Positions 7,888 to 14,862 of a stretch of DNA of 46,043 bases are shown piece by piece. This stretch comes from a virus. Its lineage: Duplodnaviria > Caudoviricetes. The notes beneath the pieces were generated by a model. The model was not told where the DNA came from, did not search any database, and saw only the letters and a list, made by a program, of their open reading frames with translations. Positions within the stretch are counted from its first letter, which is position 1, and the number at the start of each line of letters is the position of its first letter. Made by a program: the position numbers and the translations under genes. The stretch is from positions 1-46,043 of IMG/VR virus record IMGVR_UViG_3300025398_000035, one strand, 5' to 3'.

Positions 7888-8726
7888 TGGCTGATCTCCC
7901 TCGCAAAATCCATCGCGATGGCGCGGCAATGCACCGGCTGAAACTCGCCGACATAATACCAGCCCTGGGCGATGAACTGCTGCAACCGGTCAACCGGCTC
8001 GCGCGTCGTCATCACCACGTCATCCACGACGTGTTGCAACTGGTCTTCGGCACCGCAGCCCAACGCCAGCACATCCTCGGGCACGTATTCGCGCACCGCA
8101 CCAGCGCCAGACACCCACACACGGCGAACATCGGGCTTGCCAAAGTATTCGCTGATTGGGATGAACCGCAGGCCAAGGAAATCGTTGGTCATGCCCTTGC
8201 GGAAAACTTGATTGGCTGAACGCGCCCCAGAGAAAATCGCCCGGAAATCGTTGTCCGAAAACAAGTGGCGCGCGCTGACGGGATCGAGATAGCAGTTGTA
8301 GAGACCATCGATTTCAGAAACGCCGTTGGAACGCAGAAAAAACACTGCATTCAGCAGATTGGCTATCGTCAGCGCACCATCGTGCGTCTCGACGGCTGAT
8401 GCTTTGTCCAGCGCATTGCGGGCCAGTTCGTCTAGGCTGCGGGCGGCCTGCTCGCCGTTGATGGCGGCGTTGAGCAGGAATTGGCTGGCGATGCCGACGC
8501 GGCTGGTGACCAAGTTGAGGTTGGTGGTGCAAGCGTAATGCGTCATGCACACCGGCACGCCGTCCACGTCCTGCGTTTCGCCCAGCTTGCCAGCAACGCG
8601 CACGCGCTCGGCAACCATGCGAAAATTGGGACGGCTTTGCAGCGCGGCTTCAAACTCGCGCTCCAAAAAACCGTGACTGATGATGGGTTGCAGCGCGGGA
8701 GGAAAGTTGCGGAGGGCGCTCATCAC
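7884..8726 (-). CDS. Internally deleted homologue of a foreign major capsid protein (recalled Acetobacteraceae DUF4043/N4-gp56-like family)
   Basis: Blocks NFPPALQPIISHGFLEREF, VTSRVGIASQFLLNAAINGEQAARSLDELARNAL, YNCYLDPVSARHLF, SANQVFRKGMTNDFLGLRF and TREPVDRLQQFIAQGWY closely match that family as recalled. At 280 aa it is much shorter. Confidence 0.7.
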   Translation of the reverse strand: MMSALRNFPPALQPIISHGFLEREFEAALQSRPNFRMVAERVRVAGKLGETQDVDGVPVCMTHYACTTNLNLVTSRVGIASQFLLNAAINGEQAARSLDELARNALDKASAVETHDGALTIANLLNAVFFLRSNGVSEIDGLYNCYLDPVSARHLFSDNDFRAIFSGARSANQVFRKGMTNDFLGLRFIPISEYFGKPDVRRVWVSGAGAVREYVPEDVLALGCGAEDQLQHVVDDVVMTTREPVDRLQQFIAQGWYYVGEFQPVHCRAIAMDFAREISQ

Positions 8727-9007
8727 ACCACCCCCGCCAGAATGACGCCGTTCGGCTCGCTCTTGGCGACGAATTTGGCCGACCCGCCGTCAGCGGCGGA
8801 AATCAGCACCATGTCGCCAACGGCGAGAAGGTCTGCGGCGTGATTGAAAAAACCGGGCGCGCTGGCCTCGGTCAGCGACATGCCGGGCGCCTTGTAATGC
8901 CAGAGCGTGAAACCCTGCGCATATGCGAGCACGGACAGGTTGCGAACGGTGAACGTGGCTGGCGAAAAAACCTCGCGAGCGACGTGGTGGGCGGCGGCGG
9001 TTGACAT
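8723..9007 (-). CDS. Conserved Rhodospirillales-type small protein, possibly capsid-decoration related
   Basis: RNLSVLAYAQGFTLWHYK...GFFNHAADLLAVGDMVLISAADG matches a recalled family. First gene downstream of PL, with a GGAG RBS. Confidence 0.65.
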   Translation of the reverse strand: MSTAAAHHVAREVFSPATFTVRNLSVLAYAQGFTLWHYKAPGMSLTEASAPGFFNHAADLLAVGDMVLISAADGGSAKFVAKSEPNGVILAGVV

Positions 9008-9043
9008 CGGGGTTGCTCCATCGTCGGGGTGATGACGAAGGCA

Positions 9044-9095
9044 ACTTTAGTGCGACGAAAGAGCGCCGTCCAGATAAAAGTTTAGTCTGAGGAAA
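9044..9095 (-). promoter_or_regulatory. PL/OL: leftward early promoter with two repressor operators
   Basis: Minus strand TGGACG-17-TAAAGT. Operators TTTAGT-GCG-ACGAAA (9046-9060) and TTTAGT-CTG-AGGAAA (9081-9095). Confidence 0.7.
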
Positions 9096-9456
9096 TTTTC
9101 TCAGCGGGCATGTCGGCCAGCATGCGCCCAATCCGCAGCCATTCGCCCAATCTGTCGGCAGGCATCCGCTCAATAACCTCGCGCGTCATGAGATATGGCC
9201 TCAACGCGTCTGCATCCGCCGGGTCAGTCAGCAACAGCTCTTCAGGCACGCCTACCAGGGCGGCAATCGCCGAGAATGTAGCCGTGGTCATCGGAATGGT
9301 GCCTCGAAGATATTTCGATAACAAACCCTCCGATACGTTCAGATCGCCCGCAAGGTGCGATTGAGTAATTTTTTTGTGTTTCATCCACGCCTTGACATGG
9401 CGAACCATGCGCAGGTTGCGAGAAATTTCATCGGGAGAAAGTGTCTTATCTGCCAT
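9082..9456 (-). CDS. CI-like XRE repressor (124 aa, no S24 peptidase domain)
   Basis: VKAWMKHKKITQSHLAGDLNVSEGLLSKYLRG HTH; divergent from the cro-like gene. Confidence 0.85.
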   Translation of the reverse strand: MADKTLSPDEISRNLRMVRHVKAWMKHKKITQSHLAGDLNVSEGLLSKYLRGTIPMTTATFSAIAALVGVPEELLLTDPADADALRPYLMTREVIERMPADRLGEWLRIGRMLADMPAEKISSD

Positions 9457-9490
9457 GGCGCAAAGTGGCATCATCCCGATTTCGTTTTGA

Positions 9491-9542
9491 GTCAGTGGCA
9501 CTAAAGAATTTGGTTGAAGGTTTGGTTTCGTCACACTAAAGT
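9491..9542 (+). promoter_or_regulatory. PR/OR: rightward promoter with two operators
   Basis: TTGAAG (9514-9519), 17-nt spacer, TAAAGT (9537-9542). Operators GTCAGT-GGC-ACTAAA (9491-9505) and TTTCGT-CAC-ACTAAA (9526-9540); 9526-9541 matches the reverse complement of 9045-9060 at 15/16. Confidence 0.75.
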
Positions 9543-9549
9543 GCGACGT

Positions 9550-9756
9550 ATGAGCCTCAAGCAAACCATCCGCACCCTTGGCATCAAACAGCGCGATTTG
9601 GCGCGTGTGGTCGATGTCACCGAGGGAACCGTCAGCCAGTGGTGCAGCGAAATGCGCCGCGTGCCTCCACACCATGCGCGCAAGCTGCATGACGCGTTGG
9701 GCATCCCGCTGCACGTGATGAACCCCGAGGTTTGGCCCGTCGAGCAATCCGCATGA
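9550..9756 (+). CDS. Cro-like HTH protein
   Basis: LGIKQRDLARVVDVTEGTVSQW...RRVPP...MNPEVW; divergent from the repressor. Confidence 0.85.
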   Translation: MSLKQTIRTLGIKQRDLARVVDVTEGTVSQWCSEMRRVPPHHARKLHDALGIPLHVMNPEVWPVEQSA

Positions 9757-9947
9757 CCCATCTCGATGAAATCCTGTGCCTGCACGGCCCGCGTTGCGTC
9801 TGCAACTCGGTCGAGGCGCGCATCATGACAACGATTGCCGCCGGGCGTCCGGTGGCCAAACCCGCCCGCGAGGGCATCCGGCGTTTCTCCCTCAAACTGG
9901 CCGCAGCGCTTCACCGCGTTGCGGCCCTTTTTGGAGGCGCGCGATGA
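9753..9947 (+). CDS. Hypothetical protein
   Basis: 64 aa, ATGA-coupled, with a CxHxxxCxC motif. Confidence 0.55.
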   Translation: MTHLDEILCLHGPRCVCNSVEARIMTTIAAGRPVAKPAREGIRRFSLKLAAALHRVAALFGGAR

Positions 9948-10063
9948 CCATCCTCGCAGCACTGCTGCCGTCCGCCCTGCACCTCATCCTCGCCGCGTTT
10001 GGCTTGGCCGTTTTGTGGCTGCTGATCCTCATCGTGGTGCTCGCCAATGAGCGGCGCCAGTAG
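9944..10063 (+). CDS. Small membrane peptide (39 aa)
   Basis: Almost entirely hydrophobic; GGAGG RBS and ATGA coupling. Confidence 0.55.
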   Translation: MTILAALLPSALHLILAAFGLAVLWLLILIVVLANERRQ

Positions 10064-10248
10064 CCCCTCCACCACCACGCAAAACGGGCGCATCCCCCGA
10101 TGCAGCCCGCGTTTCCTGCTGACGTATGCCCGCGCCCCCGCGTGGTTTGATGCTGTCCTGTCCCGGTGTCCGTCTGTCGCCGTCCTCACCTCCGTTGATC
10201 CTCTGTTGCGCTCTGCTGATCAGCAACGTGCAGCAGGAGATGAACGAG

Positions 10249-10596
10249 ATGTCGTTTTTTACGCCCGAGATTTTGGAGGCGCGCCGCATGGGTAGCGTCG
10301 CCAACCCCGCCGCCGACATGCGCGACATGATCGGCCACGCCGTCAACGCCCGGCGGCAGATGGGCCAGTCCGAGGCAGTGCATCAGGTCGCGCGCGAGCT
10401 GCGGATCAAACCGCGCCGCGTGCTGGCGATCCTGCGCGGCGAGATTGGCCGCGTCTGGGCCGACGAATTTGCCGCCGCCCAGCATTGGTATGCCCGCGAG
10501 TGCGAGCGCCAGGCCGAGCAAAACCGCCAACAGGCCGAGCTTCTTGCAGCTCGCGCCGCCGCTTTACGGGAGTCTCTATGCGTATCGTCCGGCTGA
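10249..10596 (+). CDS. CII-like HTH regulator
   Basis: AVHQVARELRIKPRRVLAILRGE HTH-like motif; position after cro; AGGAG RBS. Confidence 0.6.
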   Translation: MSFFTPEILEARRMGSVANPAADMRDMIGHAVNARRQMGQSEAVHQVARELRIKPRRVLAILRGEIGRVWADEFAAAQHWYARECERQAEQNRQQAELLAARAAALRESLCVSSG

Positions 10597-10691
10597 AAAC
10601 CGCGTGGCTTCTGCGCGCCATCGCGTCCGGTTGTCTGGTGGGTGGGGAGCAGATCTCCGCGTTGGCGCAATGGGTGGAGAGCGGGGCGTGA
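10578..10691 (+). CDS. Small hypothetical protein (37 aa)
   Basis: GGGAG RBS; its stop overlaps the MTase start. Confidence 0.4.
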   Translation: MRIVRLKTAWLLRAIASGCLVGGEQISALAQWVESGA

Positions 10692-11713
10692 TGCACGTGC
10701 TCGACCTATTCAGCGGCATCGGCGGCTTCTCTCTGGGCCTGGAGCGCGCCGGAATGCGCACCGTGGCGTTCTGTGAAATCGACCCGTTCGCCCGCGCTGT
10801 CCTCGCGAAACACTGGCCGCAGGTGCCCTGCTATGACGACGTGCAAACGCTCACGCGCGACCGGCTTTGTGCAGATGGAGTTGTTCGCCCTGACATCATC
10901 TGCGGCGGATTCCCCTGCCAGGACATTAGCGGAGCCGGGAAAGGCGCGGGGCTTGCCGGGGACCGATCCGGCCTCTGGTCCGAGTTTGCGCGCCTCATCG
11001 GGGAAATGCGACCGCGCTACGCCATCATCGAAAACGTCGCACTCCTTCGTTCTCGCGGATTGGATCAGGTGCTCGGGGCGCTTGATGCGCTCGGGTATGA
11101 TGCGGAGTGGCACTGTATTCCAGCTTCCGCCATCGGCGCTCCTCATCACCGGGATCGGGTGTGGATCGTGGCCTACGCCAACGACACCGGATGCCGAGAC
11201 GCCAGCGAAGTGCATGCGTGGCGCGGGCAGAATGGCGAAGGGCAACGAGTGGATGCCGCCGCTGGCGGTTGCGGTGTTGCCGATGTGGGGCACGCCGACC
11301 GGCCAGGATGCGATTGGCTCGGAGTGGAGCAGCGACGGCAAGGGCGGGAAGCTGTTCAAACTGAACGGGCAAGTGAAGCTCTGGCCCACCCCGGCAGCGC
11401 GGGATTACCGGGCTCCGAACAATCCGAATGGCGCGAGCCGCTTATCACGGCCGCCGACATCCGGCGATCAGCTGCCCAACGCGGTTGGGGGCGTTCTGAG
11501 CCCGGATTGGGTCGAGCGGTTGATGGGCTACCCGCCCGGCTGGACCGAACTCGACCAGTGGAAGCCTGGGAAGGCAACGCGCCGCGCACGGTAGGACGAG
11601 GCTCGCCCAACCGCAGGCCGCGCCTGAAAGCGCTTGGCAATAGCGTGGTGCCGCAGATCGTGGAGTTGATTGGTCACGCCATCATGCGGGCGGAACGGGA
11701 GCCGTGCGCATGA
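10691..11713 (+). CDS. C5 cytosine DNA methyltransferase, alpha polypeptide (lacks motif IX)
   Basis: Motifs I LDLFSGIGG, IV GGFPCQD, VI ENV, VIII HHRDRVWIVA and X RLKALGNSVVPQ. Confidence 0.93.
   Translation: MHVLDLFSGIGGFSLGLERAGMRTVAFCEIDPFARAVLAKHWPQVPCYDDVQTLTRDRLCADGVVRPDIICGGFPCQDISGAGKGAGLAGDRSGLWSEFARLIGEMRPRYAIIENVALLRSRGLDQVLGALDALGYDAEWHCIPASAIGAPHHRDRVWIVAYANDTGCRDASEVHAWRGQNGEGQRVDAAAGGCGVADVGHADRPGCDWLGVEQRRQGREAVQTERASEALAHPGSAGLPGSEQSEWREPLITAADIRRSAAQRGWGRSEPGLGRAVDGLPARLDRTRPVEAWEGNAPRTVGRGSPNRRPRLKALGNSVVPQIVELIGHAIMRAEREPCA
10833..11594 (+). CDS. MTase beta polypeptide encoded in the +1 frame inside the alpha gene
   Basis: Three WPTP/WGTP target-recognition-like motifs and motif IX LSPDWVERLMGYPPGWT. 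The start is uncertain (10833 or 10875). Confidence 0.8.
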   Translation: MTTCKRSRATGFVQMELFALTSSAADSPARTLAEPGKARGLPGTDPASGPSLRASSGKCDRATPSSKTSHSFVLADWIRCSGRLMRSGMMRSGTVFQLPPSALLITGIGCGSWPTPTTPDAETPAKCMRGAGRMAKGNEWMPPLAVAVLPMWGTPTGQDAIGSEWSSDGKGGKLFKLNGQVKLWPTPAARDYRAPNNPNGASRLSRPPTSGDQLPNAVGGVLSPDWVERLMGYPPGWTELDQWKPGKATRRAR

Positions 11714-11867
11714 GCATCCGCATCAAGACCCGCACCGGCCCAGGTATCTCGCGCTCGCCGTTCTCCCAGCGCCTGACCGTGCGCGTGTCCGATTCCATCA
11801 CAGCGGCCAGCGCTGCCTGTGTCAGTTGCAGCGCCAGCCGGATTTCGAGGAACTCGTCAGGCTGCAC
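11682..11867 (-). CDS. Small XRE HTH protein, 61 aa (Aca-like position)
   Basis: (M)QPDEFLEIRLALQLTQAALAAVMESDTRTVRRWENGEREIPGPV; GTG start overlaps the end of the upstream gene. Confidence 0.8.
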   Translation of the reverse strand: MQPDEFLEIRLALQLTQAALAAVMESDTRTVRRWENGEREIPGPVRVLMRMLMRTAPVPPA

Positions 11868-12129
11868 GGCGCGACGCCTTGCGAGCTTTGCGGGACGCTT
11901 CGAAGGCGGCAATCGCGACGGCCAGATCACCGCCCGGAACCAGAACGGCGCGCATGTCGAACGTGATTTTGGCGTGCGAATGTTCACTGTCCGACATCAC
12001 GCAATGCCATGCAGCGTGGTTGCCCAGCACGCCCACAACAGCCGCCAGTTCGGCGTCTGTCGGCGCGTAGTGGCCCAAGGTGGCGAAGGAGCCGTCAGCG
12101 GTCAGAACAACGTGGCGAGGGTCAGACAT
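11857..12129 (-). CDS. Hypothetical protein (90 aa), first gene of an antisense cassette
   Basis: GGAG RBS before ATG 12129; own promoter and palindrome upstream. Confidence 0.65.
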   Translation of the reverse strand: MSDPRHVVLTADGSFATLGHYAPTDAELAAVVGVLGNHAAWHCVMSDSEHSHAKITFDMRAVLVPGGDLAVAIAAFEASRKARKASRRAA

Positions 12130-12166
12130 TTTGGTTTCTCCGATGTCGGGGCCAATCCCCGCGCGC

Positions 12167-12198
12167 ATAATAAAGGGCCATTGGCCCTCTGTAGTCAA
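12167..12198 (-). promoter_or_regulatory. Promoter with palindromic operator for the antisense cassette
   Basis: Minus strand TTGACT (12198-12193), perfect palindrome AGGGCCA-T-TGGCCCT (12174-12188) and an AT-rich -10 region (TTTATTAT). The -10 spacing is imperfect. Confidence 0.6.
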
Positions 12199-12209
12199 GG
12201 GGAATTTGC

Positions 12210-12398
12210 ATGACCCTCCCCCTCTGCACCGTCTGCGAATCCCCCGACGTGGTGGCCGTTGAGCCCGTGCCCGCGCATCCCGTGGCGGTGGAGCTGATCT
12301 TCGCCGTGACCGGCCAGCGCGCCACCGCATCGCGCGCCTGGTGCGCCGCGTGCTGGCCGTGGAGACCGGAGCGGGTGGCGGGGCACGCGCAGACATGA
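12210..12398 (+). CDS. Small Zn-binding hypothetical protein
   Basis: CTVC...WCAAC; coupled to the helicase. Confidence 0.55.
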   Translation: MTLPLCTVCESPDVVAVEPVPAHPVAVELIFAVTGQRATASRAWCAACWPWRPERVAGHAQT

Positions 12399-13906
12399 TT
12401 GCACTGCGGCCCTATCAGACCGAGCTGGTCACGAAAATTCGCGCCAAGTTCGCCACGCACCGGCGCGTGCTGGCCGTGGCGCCCACGGGTGCGGGTAAAA
12501 CCGTGACGTTCGCATACATCACGCAGTCTGCCGCCGCGAAGGGCAACCGGGTTTTCGTGGTGGCGCACCGGGCCGAGATCATCGAGCAGATCAGCGGCGC
12601 TTTGGCGGGCATGGGCGTGCGGCATGGGCGGATTCAGCCCGGCCACAGCATGACCGCTGACCCGGTGCAGGTCGGCATGATCCAGACCATCGCGCGGCGG
12701 CTGGACCGCATTGCGCCGCCTGATTTGCTTGTGGTGGACGAGGCGCATCACGGCGTCGCGGGCACGTGGCAGACCGTGTGCGAGGCGTGGAGCAGCGCCC
12801 GCATCCTTGGCGTGACCGCCACGCCCCAGCGCTTGGACGGCAAGGGCTTGGGCGGCGCGTTCGACGCCATGGTGATCGGCCCGAACATGCACGATCTCAT
12901 CAACGCCGGGTTTCTCGCGCGATACCGGTATCTTGCGCCGCCGGAACGCATCGACCTGTCCGGCGTGAAAACCCGCATGGGTGACTATTCCATCGACGAG
13001 CTGGCCGCAGCGGTCGATAAGTCCATCATCACCGGCGATGCAATTCAGCATTACCAGCAGCATTTGACCGGGCGTCCGGCGGTTGCGTTCTGCGTCACAG
13101 TGCAGCACGCCGAGCACGTTGCCGAGCAGTTCCGCGCCGCCGGTATCCGCGCGGCGTCCGTCGATGGTGCGATGGAACGCACGCGCCGCCGCGCCGTCAT
13201 CGCGGGCATCGGCGACGGCACCTATCAGGTTCTCACATCCTGCGAGCTGATCAGCGAGGGCGTCGATATCCCGGTTGTGGCGGGCGCAATCCTGCTGCGG
13301 CCCACGCAGTCGCTCGGCATGTATTTGCAGCAAGTTGGCCGGGCGCTGCGCCTCAAACCGGACGGCGGCGATGCGGTGATCCTGGATCACGTCGGCAACG
13401 TGCATCGCCACGGCATGCCGGACGCGCCGCGCGAGTGGAGCCTGGACGCCAAGAAACGCAAGCCGAGCGCTGCGGGCACCACGACATGCGAAGAATGCTA
13501 CCGCGTTTTCCCCTCGTCGCTCGGCTGGAAAGCCGAGCAGACGTGCCAGAACGGTGCGCCGCCGGGTTGCGTGCTGCATACGCCGGAGAAGCCCGCCGAG
13601 CGCGCCGCGATGCCCGAGCAGGTCGAAGGCACGCTCACCGAAATCAGCAACGTCACCGAATGGTCTAACGGCCTTGATCTGGCGCTTGGCCCACTTGGCC
13701 CGGTGCTGAAACTCGCCAAGACGCGCGAGCAGGTCGAGGCGATCCGCAAGGCTCGTAAATATCACCCGCGTTGGACGCATCACATCATGGCGCAGCGCGG
13801 GCTGGGTGCGCCGGTCCCGTTCGCGCCCACCTCGCCACCCCCGCCGCCTTCGCCCGCCCCGCGCCCGGCCGCGCGCCGCGAGATTGAGGAGGTGCTGTTT
13901 TCATGA
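12395..13906 (+). CDS. SF2 DEAH-box helicase
   Basis: LRPYQ, APTGAGKT, VVDEAHH, TATP, SEGVDIP, QQVGRALR and a C-terminal CxxC. Confidence 0.95.
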   Translation: MIALRPYQTELVTKIRAKFATHRRVLAVAPTGAGKTVTFAYITQSAAAKGNRVFVVAHRAEIIEQISGALAGMGVRHGRIQPGHSMTADPVQVGMIQTIARRLDRIAPPDLLVVDEAHHGVAGTWQTVCEAWSSARILGVTATPQRLDGKGLGGAFDAMVIGPNMHDLINAGFLARYRYLAPPERIDLSGVKTRMGDYSIDELAAAVDKSIITGDAIQHYQQHLTGRPAVAFCVTVQHAEHVAEQFRAAGIRAASVDGAMERTRRRAVIAGIGDGTYQVLTSCELISEGVDIPVVAGAILLRPTQSLGMYLQQVGRALRLKPDGGDAVILDHVGNVHRHGMPDAPREWSLDAKKRKPSAAGTTTCEECYRVFPSSLGWKAEQTCQNGAPPGCVLHTPEKPAERAAMPEQVEGTLTEISNVTEWSNGLDLALGPLGPVLKLAKTREQVEAIRKARKYHPRWTHHIMAQRGLGAPVPFAPTSPPPPPSPAPRPAARREIEEVLFS

Positions 13907-14160
13907 GCGCCGCACTCCGCACCGCACAACACACGATGCACGTCGCCTTCTGTGATCTTGCCTTTACCGTTACGCGCGACGACACGGGCAGCGTGACCAG
14001 CGTCACCGCTGCGGACCTGCCGACCACCTACGCCAAAGCAATGGAAGCCATCAACGCCGGGTTGCACCGCGGTGTGTCGCTGTCTGACCAGTCGCTGCGG
14101 TTGCGCGCCATTCAAGACCTCATCGCGGGGCTTCTCAACGTGGAGCGCGGCCTTGTCTGA
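13903..14160 (+). CDS. Hypothetical protein
   Basis: 85 aa, GGAGG RBS, ATGA-coupled. Confidence 0.6.
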   Translation: MSAALRTAQHTMHVAFCDLAFTVTRDDTGSVTSVTAADLPTTYAKAMEAINAGLHRGVSLSDQSLRLRAIQDLIAGLLNVERGLV

Positions 14161-14455
14161 GACGCAAATCATGCAGGACATTCTTGTTGCCGTGTCCGCG
14201 CTGCCGGAAACGCTTGTCTGGCGGCACAACACTGGCGTTGGCGTCACGCGGGCGCGCACTATCCTTCGGGCAGGGTTGCCCGGGTCTGCCGACATCATTG
14301 GCGTGTCGCGCGGGCGCGCTGTTGCCATCGAAGTGAAAACCGCCAGCGGGCGTCAGTCTGAGCAGCAGCGCAAATTCCAAGCTGCATGGGAACGGGCGCG
14401 TGGCGTCTACGTTCTGGCCCGCAGCGTCGATGACGTACTGGCGGCGCTGCAATGA
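14153..14455 (+). CDS. VRR-NUC nuclease (Holliday-junction resolvase-like)
   Basis: SETQI...WRHNTG...GSADIIG...IEVKT..GRQSEQQ PD-(D/E)xK pattern. Confidence 0.9.
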   Translation: MSETQIMQDILVAVSALPETLVWRHNTGVGVTRARTILRAGLPGSADIIGVSRGRAVAIEVKTASGRQSEQQRKFQAAWERARGVYVLARSVDDVLAALQ

Positions 14456-14862
14456 CCCCGCTGCAAAAACATTTCGCACGGCTTGCCGCCGGTTTCGTCG
14501 TTGCCATCGAGCGCGGCGTGATGACGCGGGAGGAATGCCAAATCCTGCTGACCTCGGCGGCGTTCCATCCGTCCGGCCGGTTCGTGGCCGGGTTGACGCC
14601 GGAGCAGCGCGACGAGTTGGCAACATTCGCCTGCACCGCGCTTGACGATGCGATGTGCCGCCCCGGTCTGGGCGCGCAACACGACATTCGCAGTGCGGTT
14701 GCGCTGCTGATGGGGCGCCCCCGCGCCGAGCTGCTGATCGCCGCCTATCGCGCGGCCAATGGACGACTTCGCGCCGAGGATGTCGAGGCCGTCGTTGCCG
14801 AGGAAATCGCCGCATATCTCACTCGCCTGCGCGAGTCCGGGAAACTGCGCCATGCCGGATAG
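14452..14862 (+). CDS. Hypothetical protein
   Basis: 136 aa, coupled between the nuclease and the ATPase. Confidence 0.65.
   Translation: MTPLQKHFARLAAGFVVAIERGVMTREECQILLTSAAFHPSGRFVAGLTPEQRDELATFACTALDDAMCRPGLGAQHDIRSAVALLMGRPRAELLIAAYRAANGRLRAEDVEAVVAEEIAAYLTRLRESGKLRHAG

Noticed and set aside
9457-9747. N-terminal extension of the repressor (221-aa ORF)
   Set aside because: It would overlap cro and the operators. The start at 9456 (or one a few codons upstream) fits better.
12122-13783. 553-aa minus-strand ORF
   Set aside because: Antisense shadow of the helicase in high-GC DNA, with no motifs.
13903-14160. Ribonucleotide reductase TSCPD-like domain
   Set aside because: Only a vague resemblance, not supportable without a profile search.
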